A DNA stretch of 64,000 bases from Planctomycetota bacterium (GTDB lineage Bacteria; Planctomycetota; B15-G4): contig JBBQUR010000004.1 in NCBI GenBank assembly GCA_038212275.1, positions 204,744 to 268,743 of the forward strand, in the 5' to 3' direction. Of the stretch, positions 21,828 to 34,956 are shown piece by piece. The first letter of the stretch is position 1. Every line of letters starts with the position of its first letter. The notes beneath the pieces were generated by a model, which searched no databases, had not been told where the DNA came from, and was given only the letters and a program-made list of their open reading frames with translations. The position numbers and the translations under genes are program-made.

Positions 21828-23549
21828 TCAGACCTCATCCTTCTGCGTGACGCGCAGGACCTCGTCGATCGTGGTGACGCCGTCGCGGACCTTCTGGAGG
21901 CCGTCCTGGCGCAGCGTGCGGAGCGTCTTGCGCTCGATGGCCTCGCGCTTGATCACGCTGGCGCCGGCGCGCTCCATGACACGTACGCGCACGGCCTCAT
22001 CCACGGGGAGCATCTCGTAAATGGCTGTGCGGTCCACGTAGCCGCTGTTGAAGCAGTAGTCGCAGCCTTTGCCGATGAGCAGCTGGCCGTCGGGAAACTC
22101 CTCCTGGCGCAGACCGACGGACTCCATCTTGGCGAACAGCTCGCGGTCCGGCTCGACGCGCACGCGGCACTTGGGGCAATTCACGCGGACGAGGCGCTGC
22201 GCCACGCAGAGCAGCACGGAGCTGGCCACGAGGTACGGCTCCACGCCGATGTCGAGCATGCGCGTGACGGCCGACGAGGCGTCGTTGGTGTGCAGCGTCG
22301 AGAACACGAGGTGGCCGGTGAGCGCCGCGCGGATGGCGATGTCGGCCGTCTCGCCGTCACGCACCTCGCCGATCATCATGATGTCCGGGTCCTGGCGCAG
22401 GAAGCTGCGCAGTCCGGCGGCGAAGGTGAGGCCCTTCTTGGTGTTCACCTGCACCTGGCTGATGCCGGCCAGGTTGTATTCCACCGGATCCTCGATGGTG
22501 AGGATGTTCTTCTCCTGCGTGTTCTGCTCCGTGAGCGCCGCGTAAAGCGTCGTGGTCTTGCCCGAGCCGGTGGGGCCCGTGACGAAGATGACGCCGTGCG
22601 TGTACTGCACGTAGTGCCGCAGGATGTCCTCGTTGTGCTTGTCGAGGCCGATCTCGGACAGGCGGTACACGCGCGCGCTCTTGTCGAGCAGACGCATGAC
22701 GATGCGCTCGCCCTGGGTGGTGGGCACGGAGCTGATGCGGACGTCCACGTCCGACTCGCCGAGGCGCAGCGTCGCGCGGCCGTCCTGCGGCAGGCGGCGC
22801 TCGGCGATGTCCATCTTGCCCATGACCTTGATGCGGCTGATGACGGCATCCTGGAATTTCTTCGGCGGGGCCTCCATGTCGTACAGCACGCCGTCGATGC
22901 GGTAGCGCACCTGCAGGCGGTCGGCATAGGGCTGGATGTGCACGTCGGAGGCGCGCATCTTCAGCGCCTGGAACAGGATCATGTTCACCAGCTTGACGAG
23001 CGGCGCCTTCTTGCTGACGTCGAGCAGGTCGTCGGTGCTCTCGATCTCCGTGTCGATCGAGATGACGTCGTCGTTGTCCTCGAGGTCGGACAGCGCCTCG
23101 TCCACGATGTCGGCCTTGGTCTTGTAAGCCCGGTTGATGAGCGCCGTGATCTCTGCCTTGGGCGCGAGCACCACGTCGGCTTCCTTGCCGAGCATCGTGG
23201 CCACGTCGTCCAGCGGGTGCAGGTCGAAGGGCGCGCACGTCGCCACGTGCATCGTGCCGTTCAGCTCCTCGATGCCGACGAGGTTGAAGGTGCGCGCGAA
23301 ATGCACCGGCACCTTGTCCACGAAGTTCTTCGGCACGTCCGCGTCACGAAGGTCCGGGCGGAAGGGGTAGCTGAGGTAGCGCCCGAGAATCTTCAGCACC
23401 TGCTGCTCGGTCAGGTAGCCCTTGTTCACGAGCAGGCGGTCCAGGCCCTGCCCGCTGTCCTGCGCGAGGATCGCGCACTCCTTGACGTCCGCGGCGGAGA
23501 GGCCGCCTTCCGTCGTGAGCATCTCCTCCAGCGCGGGGTCCATCATCAA
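21828..23549 (-). CDS. gspE: T2SS ATPase GspE
   Basis: ASDVH, RLPQDGR, GPTGSGKTTT, TIEDPVE, RQDPD, STLHTND, CxxC pairs. Confidence 0.95.
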   Translation of the reverse strand: MMMDPALEEMLTTEGGLSAADVKECAILAQDSGQGLDRLLVNKGYLTEQQVLKILGRYLSYPFRPDLRDADVPKNFVDKVPVHFARTFNLVGIEELNGTMHVATCAPFDLHPLDDVATMLGKEADVVLAPKAEITALINRAYKTKADIVDEALSDLEDNDDVISIDTEIESTDDLLDVSKKAPLVKLVNMILFQALKMRASDVHIQPYADRLQVRYRIDGVLYDMEAPPKKFQDAVISRIKVMGKMDIAERRLPQDGRATLRLGESDVDVRISSVPTTQGERIVMRLLDKSARVYRLSEIGLDKHNEDILRHYVQYTHGVIFVTGPTGSGKTTTLYAALTEQNTQEKNILTIEDPVEYNLAGISQVQVNTKKGLTFAAGLRSFLRQDPDIMMIGEVRDGETADIAIRAALTGHLVFSTLHTNDASSAVTRMLDIGVEPYLVASSVLLCVAQRLVRVNCPKCRVRVEPDRELFAKMESVGLRQEEFPDGQLLIGKGCDYCFNSGYVDRTAIYEMLPVDEAVRVRVMERAGASVIKREAIERKTLRTLRQDGLQKVRDGVTTIDEVLRVTQKDEV

Positions 23550-25879
23550 CCGCCCTTGCCGGAGTCCTTGTCGTACCCGAAGACATCGTCGAAGCCGGGC
23601 GTGCCTGCCGGCGCAGGGGCGGGCGCCGGCACCGGGACTGCCGAAGGCACGGGCGCCGGGGCTGCCGAAGGCACGGGCGCCGGCGCGACCGGGACAGGAA
23701 CCGGCATCGGCGCGGGCACCGGGGAACTCGGAACAGGCTTGCCTGCGGGCGAAGGCAGCGTGCCAAGGTCACCCGACGGAGGCAGTGCCGCGCTGGGAAG
23801 GGAGAAGACGTCCACGACGCCGCCCTTGATCAGGCGGCTGTCGGGGTTGTCGCCGACGTTCACGATGTCCGCGGTCAGAGCTCGCACGTCGCCGCCCAGC
23901 CGCGCGACATCGCGCTTGCGGGCTTCGGAGATCTCGTCGAGCAGCGCGAAGTCCGTGTCGATGATGTGGGGCGTGATGAACACGTAGAGGTAGATCTCGC
24001 GCGTGCTGTCGGTGGTCGAACGGAACAGCCAGCCGATGAGCGGCAGGTCGCCCAGCCAGGGCACCTTCGACAGCGTGTCGGTCGTGTTGTTGTTGACCAG
24101 TCCGCCGAGGATCGCCGTGTGGCCGTCCGGCAGCGTGACCGGCGTCTCGATATCGCGCGTGGTGATGTCAGGTGGCGCGCCGACGTAGGGCGTCGAACCG
24201 AAGTTGCTCACCGTGATCTTGACGCGCAGGCGCAGGTAGTTGCCCGCGCTGATCGTGGGGGAGATGGTCAGCGTGATGCCGGCCTCGACCTGATCGAAGT
24301 TGTTGCTGATCGTGCCGTTCGAGGTCGAGGTCGAAGTCTGGTAGGACGTCTGCTCCAGCGTGGAGATCGTCGCCTCCTGGTTGTCGTTGGTCATGATGTA
24401 TGGCCGCGACAGCACCTTGTTGTTCGCGTTCGTCGACAGCGCCTGGATGATCAGGGGAATCGGCACGTCGCCGCCGCTGAACAGCGCGAACTGGCCGCCG
24501 GTCGCGGGTGGCGTCAACTCGCCCAGCAGGTCCACCATGCCCGCGGCGTTGATTCCCGTCGGCGTGCCGTAGTTGGACGTGAAGCCTGCGCCGCCCCCCG
24601 AACCGCCGGTGTTCAACGCGGCGATGCCGGCCGTGAGCGACTCGTTGAGCGTGGTGGCGGTCTCGACGATGGCTGCCTCGATGAGCACCTGCGGCCTGCG
24701 CACGTCCATCTCGCGGACGATGTTCACGATCTCCGCGTACTTGCGGTCGCCCGCGGTGATGATGATCGAGTTGCTCGTGCGGTCCGCAACGGCGTTGGCC
24801 TGGCCCTCGAGGCCGCCGCCCGTCGCGGCGCCGCCCGCGGCACCGCTGCTTCCCGCGCGCTGCTGCGCAGAGAGCCGCTCCTGCTCGAGCACGCGCGAGA
24901 GCACGTCGGCCACCTCCGTTGCGTCGGTGTTCTTCAGCCGGTAGACGTGCGTGTTGCCGCGCGGGTCCACCTCGACGTCGAGGACGTCCACCCATTCCTC
25001 GATCCGTGCGACCATGTCCTCGTCGCCCGTGATGAGCAGCGCGTTGCTGTACGGCTCCGGGATGACGCGCGGCTCGATCTCGAAGATCGTCACGCCGCCG
25101 CCCGGCTGCTGCGCCGCGGCCTGCTGACCGGGTCGCAGCCCGCGCGCGGCGTTGATGAGGTCCGTCAACACGTCGTCGATGTCGTCCACCGACGCGTTGC
25201 GCAGCTTGCGCTTGTGGATCACGGGCGTCGGCTTGAACGGCGGCACGTCGATCAGCTTCATCAGCTGCCAGATGCCCCACACGTGACTGCCGAAGCCCGT
25301 GACGACGATGTTGTTGGCGTTCTCCACGTTGCGTGCCTGCTCGACGTTGCCGTCGAAGAGCGTCGTGATCGTGGACACCGTGTTGCGCGCATCGATGTAG
25401 CGAAGCGGCATCGACGTCGTGATGAGCGAACCGGTGTCGTACCGGTAGCGATCGATGTCGCCGATGTCGACCACGGGAGCCTGGAGCTTGATGCCGGCGC
25501 CACCGCCTCGCCCCTGCGCGCCGCCCGCACTCAGCTTGGTGATCTGGAGCAGGCCGCTGTCCTCCGGGCCGAACTCCGTGACGATGAAGTCGTAGGTCTT
25601 GAGCACGCTCTGGAAGTACTGGAAGAACTGCGACTGCTTGATGTGCTGCGGCCCGATGATGCGGATCGTCTCGGGGGCCACGTCCGCGGGCGTGTACTTG
25701 ATCGGCCGGACCAGGATGTTCTTGGCCAGGTCGATGAAGTTGACCAGCTTCTCGCCCTCGGTCTCGTCGAACTGGAGGATGTATTCGTCCCCCGAGACCG
25801 TGATGTCCTGGGCGGGGACAAGGGGGGCCAGAAACGGCGTCAGGACGAGGCAGAAGGCTGCGGCTGCAACGGATCGCAT
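23546..25879 (-). CDS. gspD: T2SS secretin GspD with Pro-rich tail
   Basis: Secretin N-domain repeats, QVLIEAAIVE, KVPWLGDLPLIGWLF, FITPHII. Confidence 0.92.
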   Translation of the reverse strand: MRSVAAAAFCLVLTPFLAPLVPAQDITVSGDEYILQFDETEGEKLVNFIDLAKNILVRPIKYTPADVAPETIRIIGPQHIKQSQFFQYFQSVLKTYDFIVTEFGPEDSGLLQITKLSAGGAQGRGGGAGIKLQAPVVDIGDIDRYRYDTGSLITTSMPLRYIDARNTVSTITTLFDGNVEQARNVENANNIVVTGFGSHVWGIWQLMKLIDVPPFKPTPVIHKRKLRNASVDDIDDVLTDLINAARGLRPGQQAAAQQPGGGVTIFEIEPRVIPEPYSNALLITGDEDMVARIEEWVDVLDVEVDPRGNTHVYRLKNTDATEVADVLSRVLEQERLSAQQRAGSSGAAGGAATGGGLEGQANAVADRTSNSIIITAGDRKYAEIVNIVREMDVRRPQVLIEAAIVETATTLNESLTAGIAALNTGGSGGGAGFTSNYGTPTGINAAGMVDLLGELTPPATGGQFALFSGGDVPIPLIIQALSTNANNKVLSRPYIMTNDNQEATISTLEQTSYQTSTSTSNGTISNNFDQVEAGITLTISPTISAGNYLRLRVKITVSNFGSTPYVGAPPDITTRDIETPVTLPDGHTAILGGLVNNNTTDTLSKVPWLGDLPLIGWLFRSTTDSTREIYLYVFITPHIIDTDFALLDEISEARKRDVARLGGDVRALTADIVNVGDNPDSRLIKGGVVDVFSLPSAALPPSGDLGTLPSPAGKPVPSSPVPAPMPVPVPVAPAPVPSAAPAPVPSAVPVPAPAPAPAGTPGFDDVFGYDKDSGKGG

Positions 25880-26141
25880 GTCAGGGTCCCTTGGCCGGAA
25901 ACACGGTGGACGGAGGCGGATGGACAGCCCCCCGCGCCGGGATCATGGGGGCTTGGACAAGGGCGTTCAACGATCTATTCCCGGCCGTTTCCGCATGGCC
26001 GGCGACCGGCCGCAGCCTTGAAAGATCGGGGCATCGGCACTAACCTCGTCGGATTCAACCGGCCTCCTTGAGTGAAGCGCCCGAGTGGCGCGATCCGAGG
26101 CGGACCGAACGGCACATGTCCCGACCGGAGTCGTCACGTCC

Positions 26142-26612
26142 TTGAAGCTGTCCGAGGTGCTCGCCGAGTCCGCGATCCAGTTCGATCTGGACGGTCGGGA
26201 CAAGTGGCAGGCCATCGAGGAACTCACGGACCGGCTCGTGGCGACGCAGCAGCTCTCGCCGCTGCATCGCGACCGGGTGCATGCGGCGCTCGTCGCGCGC
26301 GAGAAGTCCATGTCAACGGGCATGGAGCAGGGCATCGCCATCCCGCACACGTCGGTCCCGGAGATCGACCGCACCGGCGTCGCACTCGGCATTTCGCGCA
26401 GCGGCATCGAGTTCCAGGCGATCGACGGGCGTGCCACGCACCTCGTCATCCTGCTGGTGAATCCCGCCAACCGGACCAAGGACCACATCCGCACGCTGGC
26501 CGAGATCGCGCGACTGCTGAGCAGCAGCGAGTTGCGCGCCGATCTCGTGCGCAGCGAGTCCGCCGCTCACGTGCTGGAGACCATCCGCGCCGCGGAATCG
26601 GTCGCCACCTGA
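26142..26612 (+). CDS. PTS IIA (Fru/Ntr-type) protein
   Basis: REKSMSTGMEQGIAIPH, IDG..THLVIL, HIRTLAEIAR; TTG start after GGAG inferred. Confidence 0.85.
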   Translation: MKLSEVLAESAIQFDLDGRDKWQAIEELTDRLVATQQLSPLHRDRVHAALVAREKSMSTGMEQGIAIPHTSVPEIDRTGVALGISRSGIEFQAIDGRATHLVILLVNPANRTKDHIRTLAEIARLLSSSELRADLVRSESAAHVLETIRAAESVAT

Positions 26613-26652
26613 TTTCCCTTTCCCTTTCTCACCAGTTCACGAGGACAACTCT

Positions 26653-27042
26653 TTGGTCATTCGAGTCCAGACGCGCGACAACGAACCCGTCGACAAGGCC
26701 CTGCGCCGCCTTCGGAAACTCTGCAACAACGAAGGCCTGACGCGCACCAGCAAGTCGAAGGCATTCTTCGAGAAGCCCAGCGAGCAGCGCCGTCGCGAGG
26801 CCCGCGAGCGTCTCAAGGCGATCCGCCTCGCCTGCCGCGCCAAGGAAAACGACGCCCAGAAGCTGCTGAACCGCCGCCGCAAGGCGCGCAAGACCGCCAA
26901 GGGCGGCCCGCGCGAAGGCGGCCCCGGTGAGCGCGAAGGCCGGCCCGCCGGCGCTCGCGGACCTGCTCGCGGAGCGGGCGGCATGCGTCGCGGTCCGATG
27001 GCACCTGCAGGCATCGGCGGCCCCGACTCGCTCGCCGGCTGA
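26653..27042 (+). CDS. rpsU: 30S ribosomal protein S21 with C-terminal extension
   Basis: EPVDKALRRLRK, FFEKPSEQRRR; GAGGA SD with TTG start. Confidence 0.85.
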   Translation: MVIRVQTRDNEPVDKALRRLRKLCNNEGLTRTSKSKAFFEKPSEQRRREARERLKAIRLACRAKENDAQKLLNRRRKARKTAKGGPREGGPGEREGRPAGARGPARGAGGMRRGPMAPAGIGGPDSLAG

Positions 27043-27061
27043 AGCTGCGGTTCCCGGCTTC

Positions 27062-27100
27062 CGACCGATGCCGGACCCGCACCGGGTCGGGCATCGGTCG
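27062..27100. terminator. Hairpin between convergent rpsU and rpiB
   Basis: CGACCGATGCCgGACCCG-CAC-CGGGTCgGGCATCGGTCG, 18 bp stem with one mismatch, no U-tract. Confidence 0.6.
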
Positions 27101-27108
27101 ACCGCGCC

Positions 27109-27576
27109 TCAGCAGCAGGACGCGGAGTCCGCAGCGGACTCCGACTGAAGCGCCATCATCTTGTCCACGCGCCGGGCGTGCCGACCGCCCTCGAAGTCCG
27201 TGACGAGGAAGTTGCGCACCATCTCGTCCATGACCGTGGCGTCCACGACGCGCGCGCCGAGGCACAGCACGTTGGCGTCGTTGTGCTGGCGGGTCACGGT
27301 GGCCTCGTACGGGTCATTGCACTTGGCGGCCCGCACGCCGGGCACCTTGTTGGCGGCGATGGACATGCCGATGCCTGTGCCGCACACGAGGATGCCGCGC
27401 TGCGCCCGGCCCTCCGCGACGTCGTGGGCCACGAGTCCGGCGAAGTCCGGATAGTCCACGGATTCCGGCCCGGTCGTCCCGCGGTCGATCACTTCGTGCC
27501 CCGCGCTCTTCAAGAGCGCCACCAGGCGTTGCTTGACGTCCACACCGGCGTGGTCGGCTCCGATCGCGATCTTCAT
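27109..27576 (-). CDS. rpiB: Ribose-5-phosphate isomerase B
   Basis: MKIAIGADHAG, VDYPD, CGTGIGMSIAANK, HNDANVL, FEGGRHARR. Confidence 0.96.
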   Translation of the reverse strand: MKIAIGADHAGVDVKQRLVALLKSAGHEVIDRGTTGPESVDYPDFAGLVAHDVAEGRAQRGILVCGTGIGMSIAANKVPGVRAAKCNDPYEATVTRQHNDANVLCLGARVVDATVMDEMVRNFLVTDFEGGRHARRVDKMMALQSESAADSASCC

Positions 27577-28664
27577 CGGCTGGTCTCCGGGGTCATGAGA
27601 CGGTTGGCCCACTCGGCGGCAAGCTCTGCGAGCCGTCGGGCGACCACACGATACTCGCTCACCGGCCCGCCAAAAGGATCCTCGACGTCGTCGCCTGACG
27701 CATCGAAGCTTTCCACGCGGGGGCCGGCGACACCGTCCAGCGCGGCCAGCACGGAACGCCGGTGCGCGCCGGTCATGCACAGCACCACGCTGGTCTGCCG
27801 CAGTTCGCCGACGTCCATCGGCCGGGACTCGTGGTCGCTCAGATCCAGACCCAGTTCTTCGAGCGCGAGGACAGCCTCGTTCGTGGCCGGCGACGATGCA
27901 TGCACATGGAGGCCGCGCGACGTCACGGACGGAGGCAGCAGGGCAGGATCGCGGCGCGCGTGTTCCTGCAGTGCCCGCCTCAGAAGCAGCTCGGCCATCG
28001 GACTGCGGCACGTGTTGCCGCTGCACACGACGAGCGTCCGCGGCAAGGCGTGTCGCACGAGGTCCGCCCGGCTGACGACGCCCTCGCGCAGCACGCGCAG
28101 GCCGCCAAGCAGCGGCTGCACCAGCGTCGAGGCCTCGCCAAGCGCGGCGCGGCCTCCGTCCACGACGACCGCCACGCGGGAGAGCACGGCGGGATCGAGA
28201 TCGCCGACCGCCACGGGCGCCGGCGCGTCGGGCAGGTTTGCGCTCGGCAGCAGCAGCGGAACGCCTGCAGCGGCGATGAGCTCGCGCGTCCAGGCATGGC
28301 CAGGCACCCTGACGCCGAGCGTGCCGTTCCCTGCGTCCTGCGCCTCCGGAGCGAGTCCGAGCACGAGCGTCAACGGGCCGGGCCACCAGCGCCGCATGAG
28401 CGGCAACGCCGTGACAGGAACACCTGTGAGCCGCTCCCTGATCATCTCCAGCGAGGAGACCGCGACGCTGAAGGGGCGCTGCCGGTGGGACTTGAGTTCC
28501 GCGAGGCGCTCCAGCGCGGCAGGCCGGTCCTCGCGCGCCGCGACGCCATACACCGTTTCCGTCGGCACGATCACGAGCTCGCCGCGGTCGAGGGCGGCGA
28601 GGGCGGCGGACTGCGCCGCTCCCGGATCGTCGCGCAGGAGATCGAAACGATCGGGAGCAGGCAT
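27573..28664 (-). CDS. TsaC/Sua5-domain + low-MW protein phosphatase (YwlE-like) fusion
   Basis: PTETVYG, WPGPLTLVL, SAN in the N-half; CSGNTCRSPMAE and DPFGG in the C-half. Confidence 0.85.
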   Translation of the reverse strand: MPAPDRFDLLRDDPGAAQSAALAALDRGELVIVPTETVYGVAAREDRPAALERLAELKSHRQRPFSVAVSSLEMIRERLTGVPVTALPLMRRWWPGPLTLVLGLAPEAQDAGNGTLGVRVPGHAWTRELIAAAGVPLLLPSANLPDAPAPVAVGDLDPAVLSRVAVVVDGGRAALGEASTLVQPLLGGLRVLREGVVSRADLVRHALPRTLVVCSGNTCRSPMAELLLRRALQEHARRDPALLPPSVTSRGLHVHASSPATNEAVLALEELGLDLSDHESRPMDVGELRQTSVVLCMTGAHRRSVLAALDGVAGPRVESFDASGDDVEDPFGGPVSEYRVVARRLAELAAEWANRLMTPETSR

Positions 28665-28812
28665 GCCGGGCATTATGTCGACCGGGCCCGTGCCGCGTGA
28701 ATGCCCGGGAGGTCTCGGCGATTCCGGGACGAGGCCTCGCTTGGCATACTGCGCGCGACCATCGTCGCGGTCACCGGTCCTCATCTCGTCGGCGCGGAGG
28801 AGCGAGCAGCCC

Positions 28813-29591
28813 ATGTCCACCGCCCGGAAGCGCAGCCAGCGCCTCGAGACGATGGGCACCATGGCTGCGGGCCTGGCGCACGAGATCAAGAACCCGCTGA
28901 GCACCATGTCCGTGAACCTGCAGCTTCTGGCCGAGGACTTCGCGCAGGCCGCCACGCCGGTCGAGCAGCGCACGCTCCGGCGCGCGAAGCTGCTGCTCGG
29001 AGAGGTGCGTCGCCTCGATCAGATCGTGAACGACTTCCTCAAGCTGGTGCGCGGCCATGAGGTGCACAGCGTGCCGCTGGATCTCGAACTGCTGCTCACC
29101 GACATGCTCCGCTTCATCGAAGCCGAGAACGCTCAGCTCGGCATCCGCACGCGCTTCTCGCCGGATCCGGCCGCGCGCATGATCCATGCCGACCCGGGCT
29201 TTCTGCGGATGGCGCTCATGAACCTCGTCGGCAACGCGCAGCAGGCGATGGCCGCCGCCGGCGGCGAGCTGCTCGTCGCGACGCGCGGACGCGAGCACGA
29301 CGTCGAGATCTCCGTCACCGACACGGGCCCGGGCATCGCGTCCGAACTGCACGAGAAGATCTTCCAGCCATGGTTCTCCACCAAGCAGGGCGGCACCGGA
29401 CTGGGGCTGCCCATGGCGCGACGCATCATCGAGGAGTTCGGTGGCGAGATGCGCATGCACTCCGAGTTCGGTCGGGGCACGCGCTTCACGGTCACCGTCC
29501 CGCGTGCGCCGCGCCAGCTCACCGGAGGCGCCGGCACGCCGGACGGTGACGGCACGCCGGCTGGCGGCGGCCGTGACGGAGGGCCCGCCGC

Positions 29592-29595
<4 letters not shown>
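28813..29595 (+). CDS. Histidine kinase (HisKA+HATPase only)
   Basis: LAHEIKNPL, NLVGNA, DTGPGI, FSTK..GTGLGL; GGAGGAG SD. Confidence 0.88.
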
Positions 29596-30965
<1,370 letters not shown>

Positions 30966-30966
30966 A

Positions 30967-31010
30967 CTGCCACGGTGGCAGGCGCGGTCGTCGCTGGTGC
31001 CGTTTTGCCA
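30967..31010. promoter_or_regulatory. Putative enhancer (UAS) pair upstream of dnaK
   Basis: Palindrome CTGCCA-CGG-TGGCAG (30967-30981) and related TGCCGTTTTGCCA (30998-31010), centres 30 bp apart. Confidence 0.45.
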
Positions 31011-31184
31011 GCGCTGGGCCCATCCGGTCGCGGCGTCGGGGACGGCCCCGTCGGCGCGGGCCATCGGCACCGATCGGCCGGCGAGCGCGCTGCACAAGGC
31101 CTCGCATGCGCTGCCGGCGCCCTTTCGGGGCAGCAAGGCCGCCGAGGCCACGCGCCGCCCCGGTCGCAGAGCCTTGTTCGGCCA

Positions 31185-31201
31185 TTGGCACGTCGTTTGT
31201 G
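31185..31201 (+). promoter_or_regulatory. Putative sigma54 (-24/-12) promoter of dnaK
   Basis: TTGGCAC-GTCGT-TTGTG versus consensus TGGCAC-N5-TTGCW (-12 box imperfect). Confidence 0.55.
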
Positions 31202-31268
31202 AACCATCGGTTGAGAAGAACGCCTCCCGGTGCAGCCACCCGCGCTCCCGACAACACTCCGGAGAACC

Positions 31269-33203
<1,935 letters not shown>

Positions 33204-33245
33204 TCGGCTCAGGGTGTCTTCCGGTCCGGTCCGGAGCGCCCGCAC

Positions 33246-34208
33246 TTGATCCGCACGGAACACCTGACGCGGCGTTTCCACGACCTGGTCGCGGTTGACG
33301 ACGTCACGCTGCACGTGCCCCGGGGAGAAATCCTGGGCTTCCTCGGACCGAATGGCGCCGGCAAGTCGACGACGATCCGCATCCTGACGGCGTTCCTTCC
33401 CGCGACGTCCGGGCGCGCCTCCGTGGCGGGCCACGACATCGCGACCGACAGCCTGGCCGCCCGTGCGAACATCGGCTACCTGCCCGAGAACGTGCCGCTT
33501 CCCGGCGATGCGCGCGTGGACGAATACCTGCAGTTTCGCGCCCGCCTCAAGGGCGTCAGCGCCAGCCAGCGCTCGGCCTTCTGCGACAGGGCGCTGACGC
33601 TGTGTGGCTTGATCCCGATGCGCCGGCGCATCATCGGCCAGCTCTCGCGCGGCTACCGGCAGCGCGTGGGGCTCGCCGACGCGCTGCTCGCCGATCCGCC
33701 TGTGCTCATCCTCGACGAGCCCACGGGTGGCCTCGATCCGGGCCAGCGCCAGGAAGTGCTCGATCTCGTGGCGGGCATGCGCGGCCAGCGCACGGTGATG
33801 CTCTCCAGTCACGTGCTGTCCGAGGTCGAGCACCTCTGCACGCGAGTCGCGATCATCAAGTCCGGCCGCATCGTGGCGCAGGGCACGCGCGACGAACTCG
33901 AGGCGTCCGCCGGCCATCGCGACGAGTGGGAGCTCGGCGCCATCCTCGGTGAGGGCGGCCTCGGCGCGACTCCCGGCGCAGCCGAAGCCCGCCTCGTTGC
34001 ACTGGAGATCTGGCTGGCGGAGCGCGGGCTCTCGCCTCGGCGCGCGCCCGATGCACTTCGCTGCATCGTGCGCTTGCCTTCCGAAGCCGACGCGAGCGCA
34101 GTGCTGGCCGCTGCGGTGCAGGCCGGTCTTCCGCTGGGGAGCTTTCGCCCGCTGACCCGCTCCCTCCATGACATCTTCCTCGACCTTACGCGGCAAGGCG
34201 CCCCATGA
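33246..34208 (+). CDS. ABC transporter ATP-binding protein (GldA-like)
   Basis: GPNGAGKST, LSRGYRQRVGLA, ILDEPT, SSH. Confidence 0.92.
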   Translation: MIRTEHLTRRFHDLVAVDDVTLHVPRGEILGFLGPNGAGKSTTIRILTAFLPATSGRASVAGHDIATDSLAARANIGYLPENVPLPGDARVDEYLQFRARLKGVSASQRSAFCDRALTLCGLIPMRRRIIGQLSRGYRQRVGLADALLADPPVLILDEPTGGLDPGQRQEVLDLVAGMRGQRTVMLSSHVLSEVEHLCTRVAIIKSGRIVAQGTRDELEASAGHRDEWELGAILGEGGLGATPGAAEARLVALEIWLAERGLSPRRAPDALRCIVRLPSEADASAVLAAAVQAGLPLGSFRPLTRSLHDIFLDLTRQGAP

Positions 34209-34215
34209 GGCTCCC

Positions 34216-34956
34216 ATGATGCGCCGCATCCTTCCGCTGCTCTGGCGAGAACTCGAGAGCCTGTTCTTCTCGCCGCTTGCCTACATCGTGCTCACGGTCT
34301 TCCTCGTGCTCTCGGGCTTCTCGTTCGTCATCGCGCTGTCGGTCTCCGGGGGCGTGGTCAACGACACGATCACGCTGTTCCTGGGTGAAGGGGCGCTGTT
34401 CTGGGTGTGCCTCATCGCGGTCCCGTCGCTGGTCACCATGCGCCTCGTCGCGGAGGAACGCCGCTCCGGCACGCTGGAAGTGCTGCTGACGGCGCCGGTG
34501 CGCGACGGCGAGGTCATCGTCGCCAAGTTCCTCGGCGCGATGGTGTTTCAGGCCTTCCTCTGGGCGCCCACGCTCATCGACATCCGCATCCTGCGCGGTT
34601 ACGGCGCGCTGCCGGACACCGGCCAGGTGTTCGCGACCTATGTCGGCATCGCCTGCGCGACCTCGCTGCTCACCGCGGTGGGGCTGCTCTTCTCCACTCG
34701 CACCAGCAACCAGATCATCGCGGCCGTCGGGTCGCTGACCTTCAACCTCCTCTTCGTCGGCGCGCCGGTGCTCGCCAATGCAGAGCGCTTCGGCACGCTG
34801 GGACGCGCTCTCGAGACGCTCTCCGTGGTGCATCACATGTCCGCCTCCTTCGGCAAGGGGCTGCTCGACACGGGCGTGATCGCCGTCTACGTCGCAGGCA
34901 CCGCAGGGGTGCTCGTGCTCGCGACCCGGAGCCTGGAGGCCCGACGGTGGCGCTAG
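34216..34956 (+). CDS. ABC-2 permease (GldF-like)
   Basis: RELESLFFSPLAY, TMRLVAEERRSGTLEVLLTAP, multiple TM helices. Confidence 0.88.
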   Translation: MMRRILPLLWRELESLFFSPLAYIVLTVFLVLSGFSFVIALSVSGGVVNDTITLFLGEGALFWVCLIAVPSLVTMRLVAEERRSGTLEVLLTAPVRDGEVIVAKFLGAMVFQAFLWAPTLIDIRILRGYGALPDTGQVFATYVGIACATSLLTAVGLLFSTRTSNQIIAAVGSLTFNLLFVGAPVLANAERFGTLGRALETLSVVHHMSASFGKGLLDTGVIAVYVAGTAGVLVLATRSLEARRWR

